The position numbers were made by a program, and so were the translations under genes. 64,000 nucleotides of DNA. It comes from Candidatus Kapaibacterium sp. Its GTDB lineage: Bacteria > Bacteroidota > Ignavibacteria > Kapaibacteriales > UBA2268. The stretch lies in NCBI GenBank assembly GCA_963665665.1, contig OY762428.1, forward strand, positions 3,680,001-3,744,000. The letters are read 5' to 3'. Below, piece after piece: positions 47,002-57,700 of the stretch; positions within the stretch are counted from its first letter, which is position 1, and the number at the start of each line of letters is the position of its first letter. A model generated the notes under the pieces. The model saw only the letters and a program-made list of their open reading frames with translations. It was not told where the DNA came from and did no database searches.

Positions 47002-47499
47002 ATGAATAAAAAATCTAAAGTATTTATTAACCTTACTAACGGAATTGAAGCAATAGATAAGTACAATCTCGATCCTGATAATGTTTCATTTTTACGTATT
47101 CAGTCTTCACATTGCGAAGGCCATTCCTGGGACAGAATGCTGCTTGATCTGGACAATAACCTGCTGATGCATCTTGCGCTTGGCTATGAATGTATTGTTT
47201 ATGATTTCGGGGCGCATACGGAATACAGCAAGGCTGTATATATAGGGTTGGAATGGATAAAATACTGCCTGAACAGGCGCTGGTTTAACAGGATTGCAAA
47301 GCCGATAGTTAAGGGAAAGGATATATCAAATTATTTCGAAGTTGAGTACGCCAAGCTAAGCAAATACGCAAAAAAGAAAATTGACTATTACAAAAAATTC
47401 CTGCTGACCGATGAAATTAAACTTAACGGCATATCGACAATAACCGAACATGATAATAAGAATGAATATTATATTGATTTGGTAAAAGATATTTATTAA
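47002..47499 (+). CDS. Hypothetical protein
   Basis: 165-aa ORF divergent from the VTC operon; 'FINLTNGIEAI', 'FLRIQSSHCE', 'LMHLALGYECIVYDFG'. Confidence 0.75.
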   Translation: MNKKSKVFINLTNGIEAIDKYNLDPDNVSFLRIQSSHCEGHSWDRMLLDLDNNLLMHLALGYECIVYDFGAHTEYSKAVYIGLEWIKYCLNRRWFNRIAKPIVKGKDISNYFEVEYAKLSKYAKKKIDYYKKFLLTDEIKLNGISTITEHDNKNEYYIDLVKDIY

Positions 47500-47566
47500 G
47501 CATATAAAACGAAAAAAAAGAGCTCCGATCGATAGATGAAGCTCTTTCTTCAATCAAATTCTCCTG

Positions 47567-48337
47567 CTACCTTTTCTTCATTTCCTTGCTCATTACCACG
47601 CGTCTGCAACGTTTTTTCCAGTCGCTGCCTGATTCACCCTGTTTCTTTTCGAGCAATTCGTTCTCGCCGGCAGATTTTACTTCCATCAGCGCTACCGGTA
47701 CGCCGCGTTTCTGCAACTCGTCGAAGAGGAATTGTGCGCGATTCTCGCCAAGCTTCATGTTTGCTGCGTCGGAGCCGTCGCTGTCCGTATGCCCGGTAAT
47801 TATAATCTTGCTAATATAATCTTTATATTTGTTCAAGTCCTCGGCAACCTGCTCAAGAGCTAATTGCCATGTATCTGTTGATTCGTTTCCATCATCGTCC
47901 AGAACAAAAGGATAAGGATTATCAAATTTATTAGTCGGGAAGTTTAGCCTGAGCTGCAATTCCGATGGGAGATAAAAATCGTGTTCAATTTCTTCAACCG
48001 AATCCCTGATACTTACCCGGGTTGCCCAGGTATCATAGAATAGTTCCGGTGCCTGGGCTTTAATGTCCAGATCCACACCTCTCGGAATTGTAACGGTATA
48101 AAATCCGTTTGCATCGGCTTTTACTTCTGCAAGGACTTTTTGCTGTGATGCTTCCCGTATGGTAACATCAGCATTTGGCACAAGCTGATTTGATACTTTG
48201 TTGTAAACATTGCCCTTTAGTATCAGTGTCATGGGCTTTTTGGCTTTAGGAATTCCCGGAAGCTGCTGCCTGTCCTGAGCCATCAATCCGGGAACAAAGA
48301 ATAAACAAATAAGCATATAGATAATAATTTTTTTCAT
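47567..48337 (-). CDS. OmpA-family peptidoglycan-binding protein with an N-terminal carboxypeptidase-regulatory-like beta-sandwich
   Basis: Signal peptide; 'LKGNVYNK...VPNADVTI...ADANGFY'; 'ITGHTDSDGSDAANMKLGENRA', 'RCRRV'. Confidence 0.88.
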   Translation of the reverse strand: MKKIIIYMLICLFFVPGLMAQDRQQLPGIPKAKKPMTLILKGNVYNKVSNQLVPNADVTIREASQQKVLAEVKADANGFYTVTIPRGVDLDIKAQAPELFYDTWATRVSIRDSVEEIEHDFYLPSELQLRLNFPTNKFDNPYPFVLDDDGNESTDTWQLALEQVAEDLNKYKDYISKIIITGHTDSDGSDAANMKLGENRAQFLFDELQKRGVPVALMEVKSAGENELLEKKQGESGSDWKKRCRRVVMSKEMKKR

Positions 48338-48356
48338 CTTTTTCTCCGGTTTGGGT

Positions 48357-49739
48357 TTAAGGTTCGGTAAATTCAACATCGCCATCAGAATCAGACAGCC
48401 TTATCAGGCCGTGCAGCTTAACGGAATCCAGCCCGAGATAAGCTCTTTCATATCCTTTCAGGTTGTATAGCTGTACCTGTCCGTTATGGTTCGAGGACGT
48501 TCCACAGAATACAGTCAGTTTTCCGTAAATATTCCATGTTCTTAGCTGGCCGTTGCCGTCGGAACTTGTTCCAACATAAGATGTCATGTTGCCCTTAGTG
48601 TTCCATGTCCTCATCTGGCCGTTGCCTTCTGTACTGGTACCAACGAAAGCAGTCATTTGGTCTGCTGAATTAAATAGTTGAAGCTGGCCGTTTTCTTTCA
48701 GGTTAGTACCGAAGTTCCCGGTTTCATTTCCGGACTTTGCAAAAGTCTGAAGCAGGCCGTGACCGTCTGCTGTAGTACCGATATTTGCAGTTTCATTTCC
48801 AGCTTTACCAAAAGTATGCATAATACCTCTGCCATCTTCTGTTGTGCCAATATTTGCAGTTTCATTTTTACTTTTGTTGTATGTATGAAGTAGTCCGTTT
48901 TCATCTTTTGTTGTTTCGGCATAGATGGTTTTAACGCCGTTGGTATTTGCAAGATACATTTCACCGTTAGCGCTTTCATCAGAACCGATAAAACCGATAA
49001 ACTTTGAATCCTTATTATAAATATTCATTGCTGCTCCGCCTGCACCGGAATAAATAATTGCAGAAGTATCACCTGCCGGGGAATTTATCTGTACCAGGCC
49101 GCTACCGTCAACTACTGTTCCGATATAGGAGCTTATTTGATCGTCCTTGTTCCAGGTTTTAAGTTCCCCGCCCTTGTTGCTGTTTATTCCAAATACAGCC
49201 ACAGTATCTCCCGATTGGTTATAGGCCGAGAATAATCCTGCATATATCCTGCCGGTAAGACTACCTTCGGGAACTTTGTACAGATTCAGGTAGCCGTTCC
49301 TGTCGCCGTCAACAGAACCCAGCTCTGTGGTAATATTTCCGTCTCTGTCTTTAGTTCTGAGCATTCCTGTTTCTTTATTGTCCGTACCGAAATACCCTGA
49401 TTCCTTTCCATTGCCGTTATAAGTAATCAGCATTCCGGCATTCTGCGTGCCTGTACCTGCATATACAGAAACTTTTTCGTCGATATTGTAAGTCATCACA
49501 ACACCGCTGCCGCCCTGGTCGGTACCAAAATATCCGGTAACCTTTCCGTCACTGTTATAGGTTCTCAGGAAACCGTCGGTAAGCACTCCGACAACATTTC
49601 CGTCATCATCGACGATCGAGATTTGCTTAACAAAAAGATTCTCATAAGTAGCGCCAATCGGTGAAGCTCCTACAATAACAATCAGCAAAAGCATTGAGAG
49701 CATTCCGATTATCAGGCTTTTGGGGTCAATTTTTTTCAT
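48357..49739 (-). CDS. N-terminally anchored protein built of about 18 ~23-aa beta-hairpin-like repeats
   Basis: Hydrophobic N-terminus; repeats such as NGQLQLFNSADQMTAFVGTSTEG and NGQMRTWNTKGNMTSYVGTSSDG; GAGG SD site. Confidence 0.8.
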   Translation of the reverse strand: MKKIDPKSLIIGMLSMLLLIVIVGASPIGATYENLFVKQISIVDDDGNVVGVLTDGFLRTYNSDGKVTGYFGTDQGGSGVVMTYNIDEKVSVYAGTGTQNAGMLITYNGNGKESGYFGTDNKETGMLRTKDRDGNITTELGSVDGDRNGYLNLYKVPEGSLTGRIYAGLFSAYNQSGDTVAVFGINSNKGGELKTWNKDDQISSYIGTVVDGSGLVQINSPAGDTSAIIYSGAGGAAMNIYNKDSKFIGFIGSDESANGEMYLANTNGVKTIYAETTKDENGLLHTYNKSKNETANIGTTEDGRGIMHTFGKAGNETANIGTTADGHGLLQTFAKSGNETGNFGTNLKENGQLQLFNSADQMTAFVGTSTEGNGQMRTWNTKGNMTSYVGTSSDGNGQLRTWNIYGKLTVFCGTSSNHNGQVQLYNLKGYERAYLGLDSVKLHGLIRLSDSDGDVEFTEP

Positions 49740-49910
49740 TGATCACCTCGAGTATATTAATGAAATGAATATTTTAATTTCTTAGTTCCGGCTTTGTAAT
49801 TCATTTTTCCGTACCGCATATCTTTTGGTATGGGAAATATAATAAAAAAATTCTATCTTGCAATTAAAGGAATGTAAATAAATAGTTAATTTTTGTGTTA
49901 TTTGAAAGTA

Positions 49911-51161
49911 ATGAGTGAAAACAAGAAAATATTAGTTCTCATAATATCATCTTTTTTTATTTCATTTTCGCTATGCTTCGATTTCTTCAGCCCGGAACAT
50001 TTGCAAAGCGATTATTTAACATTTTATTCAGCAAGCCTGTCCGCAGAAACCGGAAACGATCCTTATATTGTCGAAAACCTTGTAATATCTTCCGGATATG
50101 AATCTGTTTATCCATATTTGTATACACCTTTTCCTCTGACGGTATTTTCTGTTTTCAACAGCGGCAATTTTATACTATCACAGACATTATGGGCAATTTT
50201 TAATATTATCATATTCCAGTTAATTATTTCTTTGGTGTTTAAGATAGTTAATAATGATCAAACGATGAAGTTTACCGACAACTCCGGTAAAAGGGGTAAT
50301 TATTTTTTCCTGTTCAGTTCATTTATTATGATATTCATCCTTCTTGCTTTCAGGGAAAATATCAAAATCGGACAGGTTAATATACTTACTTTATTATTTA
50401 TCAGCATGGCAATTTATGCTGCGCAAAAAGGGAAAAGCGATATTTCCGGGCTGTCCATGGCAGCAGCAATTTTAATAAAAACAAGCCCGGCTTTGCTGAT
50501 TATTCCTTTGGTATATAGGTTAAAATTTAAGTTTATCAGGGGATTGGTTGTGGGTTTGGCTGCATTCTTTTTAATCTCAGTTCTGCAATTCGGATTAGAG
50601 CCCTGGCAGCAATACCTTGATTTTTTAGGTACGATCCGGGGATATTCGGAAATACCGGGATTGTTCAAATATACTGTAGCTTTCAATAATTCCCTGTTGT
50701 CTTTGAGCGGAAGAATCCTGGGTGAAACCAGTGCCGCTTATTCAGCATATTATCTGGGAATTATCATCATTATCATCATTATAGTTTTTAAGCAGAGAAA
50801 ACTTATTCAATGGAGTGCAGTTGATTTTCTGCCATGGCTAACCCTTATGGTGATAGCCTCGCCATTGTCCTACAGGCATCATTCGATATATTTATATGCT
50901 CCTTCAGTTGCGATGCTTATTTCTCTTTATTCAAAAAAAAATTACCGGGGCAGGTATTTTTCAATTTCATTGTTCCTGATATTTCTTGCATGGTGCGGGT
51001 ATAATTTCCTCAGGCATTATGTTCCGCTTATCGAAGCCGGACGTGATATGACATTTATATCAGGCCTGGGGCTGTTCGGATATATTGCAATCTTTATTTT
51101 TTATTTCTTCATTAACGACAAATTCAAAACTGTTGGGAACAGTCAGACTGAAGATATTTAA
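49911..51161 (+). CDS. GT87/DUF2029 family GT-C glycosyltransferase
   Basis: 'SDYLTFY', 'DPY', 'PYLYTP', 'NIKIGQVN', 'AILIKTSPAL', 'SPLSYRHH'; many TM helices. Confidence 0.85.
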   Translation: MSENKKILVLIISSFFISFSLCFDFFSPEHLQSDYLTFYSASLSAETGNDPYIVENLVISSGYESVYPYLYTPFPLTVFSVFNSGNFILSQTLWAIFNIIIFQLIISLVFKIVNNDQTMKFTDNSGKRGNYFFLFSSFIMIFILLAFRENIKIGQVNILTLLFISMAIYAAQKGKSDISGLSMAAAILIKTSPALLIIPLVYRLKFKFIRGLVVGLAAFFLISVLQFGLEPWQQYLDFLGTIRGYSEIPGLFKYTVAFNNSLLSLSGRILGETSAAYSAYYLGIIIIIIIIVFKQRKLIQWSAVDFLPWLTLMVIASPLSYRHHSIYLYAPSVAMLISLYSKKNYRGRYFSISLFLIFLAWCGYNFLRHYVPLIEAGRDMTFISGLGLFGYIAIFIFYFFINDKFKTVGNSQTEDI

Positions 51162-51284
51162 CGTCGATAGAAATACCTATCACCTGACCATTGACTGATC
51201 AGGAAAAGCCCTGATAACTTAATTTTTATAAGTACGTGGAATACAATCGGATATGGTTTCAAAGCTCAACTTTGCAGGAAAACT

Positions 51285-51313
51285 CCTTCCCAAGAATGTC
51301 TTGAGAAGGAGGA
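51285..51313. repeat. Degenerate copy of the CCTTCCCAAG..CTTGGGAAGG palindrome
   Basis: CCTTCCCAAGAATGTCTTGAGAAGGAG; compare 21860 and 33051. Confidence 0.6.
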
Positions 51314-51361
51314 TAAAAACTGTTGCATACCTGTATGTGACAATGCAATTTTTTTATTTTA

Positions 51362-51868
51362 TTAATTTTTGATAATGCCGCTATCAATAAAATCTCTGAG
51401 TAATGGTTTTATATCAATCCTGCTGGTGTCTGATGTGCCAGCCCGGCTTACCTGAACAAGCCCTATGCCCTTGCCTTGGGAAAATATCCTCAGAACAACA
51501 CCGAAACTTTCCGTGTAATACAAGGTCTGTACTGATTTGCCGATATTGTAATTCACCATGTAAAAAGTAATTTCTTCATTATTAAAACTCAAGCAGAAGC
51601 TGCTGTCAATTTTTAATTCCGGGAATATTTTTCCGTCATCTATGATTTGTTCAATTTTATCATTCAAATCATAGATGTCAGCATTGTGCTTGAAAAGAGT
51701 TGTTTTAGACTCCGCTCGGATCGTATCAGCAAAAATTCCGGAATAAAAAAAATCATTCTTTTCCAGGTCTATTCCCCTGATAAGAGACCAATGATTAATA
51801 ACGGCATTATATCCCGAACATGAAATAAAAATTACAGAGAATATTACTAATAAAGTGACTCTTTTCAT
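51362..51868 (-). CDS. Hypothetical lipoprotein
   Basis: 'MKRVTLLVIFSVIFISC' lipobox; starts 10 nt after the glmM stop codon. Confidence 0.7.
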   Translation of the reverse strand: MKRVTLLVIFSVIFISCSGYNAVINHWSLIRGIDLEKNDFFYSGIFADTIRAESKTTLFKHNADIYDLNDKIEQIIDDGKIFPELKIDSSFCLSFNNEEITFYMVNYNIGKSVQTLYYTESFGVVLRIFSQGKGIGLVQVSRAGTSDTSRIDIKPLLRDFIDSGIIKN

Positions 51869-51878
51869 CTGTTTATTT

Positions 51879-53243
51879 TTATATATTTTTAACAATATCA
51901 ATTATCTTGGAAGCCAGAAGATTAGCCTCGTGTTCTGATTCTGCTTCGGCCATTATCCTTACAATTGGCTCTGTGTTGGAGGCCCTTAGCTGAACCCAGG
52001 ATTTTTCGAAACTAACTTTAACTCCGTCGTCTTTAACTACATTTCCTTCAGGAAGTGCATCAACAACCTGATCAATAAGTGGATTAATATCTCCGGAAAA
52101 CACCTGTTTTAACTTAATCATGGAATAATCCGTATAATCGGAAACGAGCCGGGAAACAGTCAAATCTTTGTCTGCCAATAAGGACAGGAGCAAAGCTGTT
52201 CCAACAAGAGAGTCCCTGCCATAGTGGCATTCCGGAAGGATAACACCTCCGCTACCCTCTCCGCCAATAACAGCGTCGCATTCTTTCATTTTCTTTACCA
52301 CGTTGATTTCGCCAACCGGAGATCGTTCAACTTTAGCCTTATATTTTGCTGCTACATCTTCAACAGCACGTGTAGTTGAATAATTTACACTAACTTTCAG
52401 GCCTGGTTTATTCATGAATCGAAGAACTGATTCTGTGGAAATCACTATTGTTCTTTCCTCGCCCACGGGGTTACCTTTTTCATCGATTATTACAAGCCGG
52501 TCAGCATCAGGATCAACCGCGATCCCAATATCAGCATTTTCTTTTTTCACGGCTTCGCAGAGCCCGTTCAGGTTTTGAGGCAATGGTTCCGGGGTGTGCG
52601 GGAATAATCCGCTACTGTCGCAGGCAAGCCTTATCACATCGCAGCCCAGTTTATCAAGAAGCATCGGAACTGCTTTCGAACCGGAAGCATTCACGGCATC
52701 CACAACAACTTTAAATTTCCTTGTTCTTATTCTGTCAAATATTCCTGAATCTTTCAGGAAAGGAATTTCAAGTATCCTGCCAACATGCCTTTGAACAGCG
52801 TTGTCATCATTTATAATATTTATCTTACTGCGAAATCCTGTTTCCTCGAAGTAAGAATTATCAACGATATCCCAGAAGTCACTGTTTTCCTTAGCATCAA
52901 GAAAAACCCCGCTCTTATTAAGAAACTTCAACCCGTTCCATTGTTCCGGATTGTGTGAGGCAGTTATTGCTATCCCACCGGCAGCATTGCTGTGCTCTAC
53001 TTCCAGTTGTACAGTGGGGGTTGGCACAATACCAATCATTTTTACTTCGCGTCCTGCAGCTGCTAAAGCTCCGGCAACAATTAATTCAATCCATTTGCCT
53101 GACGGGCGTCCGTCTCTGCCGACAATGATTGGCCCTTCAGGGCAGAATTTGGCAAAACCAAGAGCGTAATTGCTAATCATCGATGCATTCATACTATCGC
53201 CGAGCGTGGCTCTAAGGCCTGATATAGATCTAATAAACGGCAT
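51879..53243 (-). CDS. glmM: Phosphoglucosamine mutase / phosphohexomutase
   Basis: 'ITASHNPEQWNGLK', 'DPDADR', 'GGEGSGGVI', 'RASNTEPIVR'. Confidence 0.85.
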   Translation of the reverse strand: MPFIRSISGLRATLGDSMNASMISNYALGFAKFCPEGPIIVGRDGRPSGKWIELIVAGALAAAGREVKMIGIVPTPTVQLEVEHSNAAGGIAITASHNPEQWNGLKFLNKSGVFLDAKENSDFWDIVDNSYFEETGFRSKINIINDDNAVQRHVGRILEIPFLKDSGIFDRIRTRKFKVVVDAVNASGSKAVPMLLDKLGCDVIRLACDSSGLFPHTPEPLPQNLNGLCEAVKKENADIGIAVDPDADRLVIIDEKGNPVGEERTIVISTESVLRFMNKPGLKVSVNYSTTRAVEDVAAKYKAKVERSPVGEINVVKKMKECDAVIGGEGSGGVILPECHYGRDSLVGTALLLSLLADKDLTVSRLVSDYTDYSMIKLKQVFSGDINPLIDQVVDALPEGNVVKDDGVKVSFEKSWVQLRASNTEPIVRIMAEAESEHEANLLASKIIDIVKNI

Positions 53244-53584
53244 ACTAAAATTTTTCCAGTTTTAATAATTACTAAAATTATTTAAGATAAATTTTTTATT
53301 AAATTATCTGTTCAATCCGAATGCCTGTTTAAAAATTTCAGCAAATTAATTGAAAATTGTATTGATAAATTACTATTTAAAATCAACACGATATAATCCA
53401 ATAATCAATTTATTTATTCGAAATTATAAAAAAATTGAGACTAAATTAAACTTTTAGTGTTCTTATTTCTGTGAAAAGAAAATTTTTTTAAATTCATTAC
53501 TTGCAAATAAGGCTTAACTTTATGATTTTTGTTGTTCGTCGAATGTGTTAAAAATTTATGTTATTATAATTATCAGGAATTATT

Positions 53585-55636
53585 ATGAGTTTCATGTCAA
53601 AAAGTAAGAAGATTTGCAGAATAGGGTTTTCTCTTAGCCTGCTAATTACTTTATTTATTTCCAATTCATTGTTTTCTGCCGCTCCCGACCCGGGTGCAGT
53701 TCTGGTAACAGTTGGTAAAGAAAAAATTACATATTCTGATATCGAGAAAGCATGGATGAAGAATATGAACCGCAATAATAAAGAATTGTGGGAACTTCAC
53801 CCCGACAGCGCAAAATCTTTTCTGGAACTATATGTGAACTACCGCCTGAAAGTAAATGACGCTATTGACCGCGGTTTCGACAAAGATTCGTCAGTTATAG
53901 CTGATATTGAAAACAACAGAAGGATCCTTGCCGAATCATATTATTTCGATAAGGAACTTGTGGACCCGAATGTTGAAAAAATTCTGAAAAAACGGGAATC
54001 GGAAATGAAAATCGCTGTTATCCTGCTTGCATTCGATAACAGCAAACCAATACCTGATACTGTCGAAGCCTTTAAAAAAGCGACCGAAGCAATGAACAGA
54101 ATCAAAAAAGGCGAGGATTTTGGAAAAATTGCCAAGGACCTTTCTGATGATAAAGAAACTGCCAAACGCGACGGCGTTGTACCCGGCTGGATTACTGCCG
54201 GAAGGGTACAAAGGCCAATAGAAGATGCAATTTACGGTATAGATAAAATTGGCGGAATAACCCCTGAATTGGTAAGGGCAAAATTCGGATATTTCATTAT
54301 CAAGCTTCTGGACAGGAAAAAAACTGAATTTGTAAGGGGAAAACACATCCTGATCAGCGGTGGCAAAAAGAATGAAAAAATTGATGCCAGGGCAAAAGCC
54401 GACAGCATACTTAAATTATTGAAGAACGGCGCTGATTTTGCCGAGCTGGCAGAAGCTAATTCCGACGATCCCGGAAGTGCTATGCGCGGCGGTGATATTG
54501 GAGCATGGTATTCACGGTCATTTGGCCTGCAGGGTACGGGCAGAAGCCTTATGCCGGAATTCGAAGAAGGGCTCTATTCTTTGAAAGACGGTGAAATTTC
54601 CGGGCTCGTGAAAACTGATTATGGCTATCACATTATTATGAGGGATTCAACTAAGAAGTATGATCCTAAGCAGGAAAGTTCCGAAGCAAAGAAACTCTAT
54701 AAGAAACTCTATTTTGAAAATGATAAAAAAGAATTAAAAATAAAACTGAAAAAGGATTGTGGCTTTAAATACGTCGAAAATGTATATAATGCCTTCTTCG
54801 GCTTCCTGGATACAACAAAAACCACTCTTGATTCGGCATGGGATGCTAAACTCCCGGAAACCATAATGGATAAACCGCTTTTCCGATTCCTTGATAAGGA
54901 ATATTCAGTTGCCGAATTTGTTGATATGCTTGAAAATAAAATTGAATTGCGCGGAACATCTACAAACCGAAAAGGAATAGACCGGGCCGTTGATAAAATT
55001 ATCGAACCGATAATGATGCAGGAAGCAACTAAGAACCTGGAAAAAGATTATCCTGATTTCGCTGCCCTGATGCGGGAGTTCCGTGATGGTATCCTCCTTT
55101 TCAAAGTGGAAGCTATTGAAGTATGGGACAACCTGAAGTTTGATTCCACTCTTGCTAAAGAATATTATGAACAGAGAAAAGAAGATTATCAAACTTCTCC
55201 TGCTTACGATCTGGCTGAAATTTTCGTTATGAAAGATTCGCTTGCCCGGGATATATATGAAAAGGCTAAATCAGGTGAAGATTTCTCAGCACTTGCTGAA
55301 ACTCACACTCAGCGAGGCGGATACAGGGAGAAAAAAGGCGAACGAGGAGTACTTTCCATTGAAAAAAGCGACCTGGCAAAAGCAGCTTTTGAAAATAAAG
55401 CAAAAGCCGGCGACATAATAGCCCCAATTAAGAATGGCCGTGGATACTCAGTAATTAAAGTAAATAAATTCCTTGACTCCAGGCAAAAAACATTCGAAGA
55501 AGCTATTCCCGATTTTGCTCCCGATTTCCAGGATATGATGCAGAAAAGACTTACCCAAAAATGGCTAAAAAAAGTTAAGGAGAAACATGCTGTTGAAATC
55601 AACAGAGAAAATTTTAAGAAAATTTTTAAAAACTGA
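53585..55636 (+). CDS. Multi-parvulin peptidyl-prolyl isomerase (SurA/PpiD-like chaperone)
   Basis: Signal peptide; three PpiC domains ('GEDFGKIAKDLSDD', 'GADFAELAEANSDDPGSAMRGGD', 'GEDFSALA'). Confidence 0.9.
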   Translation: MSFMSKSKKICRIGFSLSLLITLFISNSLFSAAPDPGAVLVTVGKEKITYSDIEKAWMKNMNRNNKELWELHPDSAKSFLELYVNYRLKVNDAIDRGFDKDSSVIADIENNRRILAESYYFDKELVDPNVEKILKKRESEMKIAVILLAFDNSKPIPDTVEAFKKATEAMNRIKKGEDFGKIAKDLSDDKETAKRDGVVPGWITAGRVQRPIEDAIYGIDKIGGITPELVRAKFGYFIIKLLDRKKTEFVRGKHILISGGKKNEKIDARAKADSILKLLKNGADFAELAEANSDDPGSAMRGGDIGAWYSRSFGLQGTGRSLMPEFEEGLYSLKDGEISGLVKTDYGYHIIMRDSTKKYDPKQESSEAKKLYKKLYFENDKKELKIKLKKDCGFKYVENVYNAFFGFLDTTKTTLDSAWDAKLPETIMDKPLFRFLDKEYSVAEFVDMLENKIELRGTSTNRKGIDRAVDKIIEPIMMQEATKNLEKDYPDFAALMREFRDGILLFKVEAIEVWDNLKFDSTLAKEYYEQRKEDYQTSPAYDLAEIFVMKDSLARDIYEKAKSGEDFSALAETHTQRGGYREKKGERGVLSIEKSDLAKAAFENKAKAGDIIAPIKNGRGYSVIKVNKFLDSRQKTFEEAIPDFAPDFQDMMQKRLTQKWLKKVKEKHAVEINRENFKKIFKN

Positions 55637-55657
55637 TCTGCATTGAAAATTTGTTAT

Positions 55658-55697
55658 AAATCCGTCCCCGTTTGTCAGGGGATGGATTTCTTTTTTT
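55658..55697 (+). terminator. Rho-independent terminator
   Basis: AAATCCGTCCCC..GGGGATGGATTT followed by a T-tract. Confidence 0.85.
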
Positions 55698-55785
55698 ATG
55701 AAAAACAAAATCGTTTGACTTGAAAAAAAATTTTCATAATTTGAATTATTCCCCTGGCAAAGTTGTCGGGTGATATATAAAATAT

Positions 55786-55900
55786 AATTTCTTCGGGGCA
55801 GGGCGAAATTCCCTACCGGCGGTAATAGTCCGCGACTCCCGAAAGGGACTGATCCGGTGAAATTCCGGAACCGACAGTCAAAGTCTGGATGGTAGAAGAT
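55786..55900 (+). ncRNA. FMN riboswitch (RFN element)
   Basis: CTTCGGGGCAGGGCGAAATTCCCTACCGGCGGT..AGTCCGCGA..GATCCGGTGAAATTCCGGAACCGACAGT..AGTCTGGATGGTAGAAG, directly upstream of ribB. Confidence 0.97.
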
Positions 55901-55970
55901 AATACCTTGCATGTACCAAATCAATGGTTCATGCCCTGTCCCGGTTTAATGCATAATGATCGAGGCAGAA

Positions 55971-56606
55971 ATGGAAACAATCAGAAAATTCGGAAAAAAC
56001 TACAACGAAAGAATTAACAATGCGGCTGATGCTTTACGCCATGGTCGTGGTATTTTGCTTGTTGATGATGAAGACAGAGAAAACGAGGGAGATATAATAT
56101 TCCCTGCTAAAACAATGACAGACAAAGATATGGCACTTATGATAAGAGAATGCAGCGGTATTGTATGCCTATGCCTTACTCCCGAAAAGACTCAAAAACT
56201 GGGCCTTCGTCCAATGGTCGAGAACAACAATTGCAAGAATCAAACAGCATTTACAATCTCCATCGAGGCTAAAGAAGGGGTAACAACGGGAGTATCTGCT
56301 GCCGACAGAATAAAAACTATTCATACTGCTGTTTCCGATAGAGCAGTGCCTGAAGACCTGGTACACCCCGGGCATGTATTCCCATTAACTGCAAAGAAAG
56401 GCGGAGCATTGGAAAGACGCGGGCATACTGAAGGCAGCATAGACCTGGTTAAAATTGCCGGACTTGGAGACAGCGCTGTTCTTTGCGAACTGACAAATCC
56501 CGACGGAACAATGGCACGGATGCAGCAAATAATTGATTTTGCAGATTTGCATGAAATGCCGGTAGTTACGATCGAGGATATTTGCCGGTTCAGGATGGAG
56601 AACTGA
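55971..56606 (+). CDS. ribB: 3,4-dihydroxy-2-butanone-4-phosphate synthase (monofunctional)
   Basis: '[10 protein letters not shown]', 'SGIVCLC', 'TTGVSAADR', 'PGHVFPL', 'RRGHTEG'. Confidence 0.97.
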   Translation: METIRKFGKNYNERINNAADALRHGRGILLVDDEDRENEGDIIFPAKTMTDKDMALMIRECSGIVCLCLTPEKTQKLGLRPMVENNNCKNQTAFTISIEAKEGVTTGVSAADRIKTIHTAVSDRAVPEDLVHPGHVFPLTAKKGGALERRGHTEGSIDLVKIAGLGDSAVLCELTNPDGTMARMQQIIDFADLHEMPVVTIEDICRFRMEN

Positions 56607-57030
56607 TTGGTTTTTAAGGTTTAACTTTCAGCTTCTAATATTTTTGCATAGTTTTCAATAGATAATTATTAATGTAAATGCAATCTATCCCGGATATATG
56701 TTCGGGATAGAACATATCTTAACCAATAATTACTTCAATTGCCGGTTTGTTGACTCAAAATATAATCTGCTATAATATTGCAGATTCGGTATTTTCTGCA
56801 AAGCTCTGTATTGCAATTATATTCCGGCTCTGGCCAGGGCTTGCGGTTTGGTTAAATATTTGTGATCAATATCACCCAATACTCGCCTGAGAATTACCAT
56901 CTGATTTTGGCGGATATAATGATATATACCGCAGTAAATTTGTTAAAAAATTAAAATTTTGACTTATATTCGTTTTTTTATTATTTTTTGAATTATGGAA
57001 ACTCAAAAAACAAAAATAGTTTACTAAAAT

Positions 57031-57603
57031 ATGAATGATAAAGAGTATAACCGGAAAAAAAAGAAAATACTTAATGCTTCCCGGGAGTTGATAAGAATGC
57101 GTGGCGTAAAGGGATGGAATATGGATAATATAGCTGCTGTATGCGGGATGTCCAAAAAAACAATGTATAAAATCATTATGAATAAGGAAAATATGATAAC
57201 TGAGCTTTATGCCCGTGAGGTTATGGATAATTTAAAAAATATCAGGCGTATTATCGAGAATGAAAATGATAAACGCAAAGCATTGGAAAGAATAGCAGAA
57301 GAGATTCCCGCCAATATCGGAGCTTTCGTTTACAAATATGCCAATGAAATGAGCATGGAATTTCCGAATGTAAATAAGAATGTGAATGAATACCTTGAAG
57401 AAGAGAGAAAAGCGCTTATTAATTTCTTCGCCGAATGCTATGGAGAGAAAATTTTCAAAGAGGACTTCCCGCCGGATTTTATAGTGGATCTGACAAAAAA
57501 AATTATTGACACCTATGCTTATAAAGAATACTCAGAATCTGAATTTGTTCGCAAATGTTCTTTGGCTTTGAAGGCAGTATTCTTTGGAATTGTGAAAGAT
57601 TGA
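57031..57603 (+). CDS. TetR/AcrR family transcriptional regulator
   Basis: N-terminal HTH 'ILNASRELI...WNMDNIAAVCGMSKKTMYK...KE'. Confidence 0.88.
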   Translation: MNDKEYNRKKKKILNASRELIRMRGVKGWNMDNIAAVCGMSKKTMYKIIMNKENMITELYAREVMDNLKNIRRIIENENDKRKALERIAEEIPANIGAFVYKYANEMSMEFPNVNKNVNEYLEEERKALINFFAECYGEKIFKEDFPPDFIVDLTKKIIDTYAYKEYSESEFVRKCSLALKAVFFGIVKD

Positions 57604-57700
57604 TTTTATCTTGCAGAAGATTTACACGATGGATTAGGAAAAAGGTTTACGAGCCGCTGTTCGGTAAGGTTATTTATGTTTAATTCGGGAATTATGATAA

